IMG/VR virus record: IMGVR_UViG_3300009506_000019
Location: 32,001-96,000 of that record
Length of the DNA stretch: 64,000 bases
Reading direction: 5' to 3' (one strand)
Origin: a virus
Below, in pieces: positions 63,347 to 64,000 of the stretch. Both the position numbers and the translations under genes were made by a program. The notes beneath the pieces are model-generated. The model worked only from the letters and a program-made list of their open reading frames with translations. It was not told the DNA's origin and ran no database searches. The first letter of the stretch is position 1. Each line of letters begins with the position of its first letter.

Positions 63347-64000
63347 CTATCCTACAAATCCTTCTGGGGTTATGATTGTCGCCTGTACTGATGCCCTGCC
63401 ACCGTGAATCACCATCGGCTCATTATCTCCAGCTGCCCATCCTGACGAAGTAAAATCCCACTGAACATAAAAATGTGTCGTCTCATCTATGTCCTGATCT
63501 GTGCCAGAATTTATATTAAATACTGTATCGTATGCCGTAAGAGCATCTGTGACACCAGTGTTAAATTCAGTTGCTACTTGAGATCCACTACCATTAAAGT
63601 TTACTGCTCTTTTCCACATTCTAACACGAATGTTGAATGCCTGAAACATGTTGAACTTAGTCCAATATACATGAACTTGGGTGAGTTTACCGCCCTTAAA
63701 ACCACCACATGGAATGGTTATGTAACCAGCAATGTCCAATTTGTATAAGGATCTTCCTTGTCCATAGCATCTTGATTGACCACCCTGAAATCCATTTTGT
63801 GATTGGCCGCAGTTCATACCAGAAAAACCGATGAGGTATGTTTGAGTTGATGGTGTTCTAAACGCGTTTTTGTCCAATCCGTACACCAAATCCCCTCTTA
63901 GATTTGCTGCACGTACGTTGTTCCATTGTTGACCAGACAATCCCCAATCCTGAGCATTATTGAACCCAGGACAGAAGTTTCCATTACCAAGGCCAATCAA
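63347..64000 (-). CDS. C-terminal part of a tail fibre-like protein, 5'-partial
   Basis: FCPGFNNAQDWGLSGQQWNNV fibre-like motif then beta-sandwich tip; runs off window. Confidence 0.6.
   Translation of the reverse strand: MIGLGNGNFCPGFNNAQDWGLSGQQWNNVRAANLRGDLVYGLDKNAFRTPSTQTYLIGFSGMNCGQSQNGFQGGQSRCYGQGRSLYKLDIAGYITIPCGGFKGGKLTQVHVYWTKFNMFQAFNIRVRMWKRAVNFNGSGSQVATEFNTGVTDALTAYDTVFNINSGTDQDIDETTHFYVQWDFTSSGWAAGDNEPMVIHGGRASVQATIITPEGFVG

Overview
A 64-kb segment of a large tailed-phage genome, mostly minus-strand and densely packed. 1-35.3 kb is a bacterial-style replication, recombination and nucleotide module: two SF2 helicases, trigger factor, SbcC/SbcD, DnaQ, DnaE (Pol III alpha), a sigma-like factor, ThyX, dUTPase, NDT-family enzyme, NMP kinase, DnaG-DnaB fusion, Dam methylase, dCTP deaminase, MazG/DUF550-like hydrolase, resolvase, RecA, gp32-like SSB, a PurZ/PurZ0-type adenylosuccinate synthetase homolog and class II RNR. 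35.4-50.9 kb is a tail-fibre/receptor-binding block with a frameshifted YadA-repeat adhesin and four paralogous beta-helix proteins. 51-58.3 kb holds a second sigma-like gene, a wHTH Rep-like gene with a pseudoknotted leader, and a beta-helix gene followed by an orphan alternative C-terminus. 58.4-61.8 kb is a divergent array of 25 tRNAs (19 amino acids, no Glu, three with C33, one Ile-UAU) interleaved with at least five non-tRNA structured elements. The window ends in a second fibre/chaperone cassette. Best candidates for new biology: (1) a 2-aminoadenine (Z) pathway paired with a family-C polymerase and a Dam methylase, with no DatZ visible here; (2) the tRNA-interleaved structured ncRNA array; (3) a phage-encoded trigger factor. 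All calls come from reading motifs by eye; no searches or folding programs were run.
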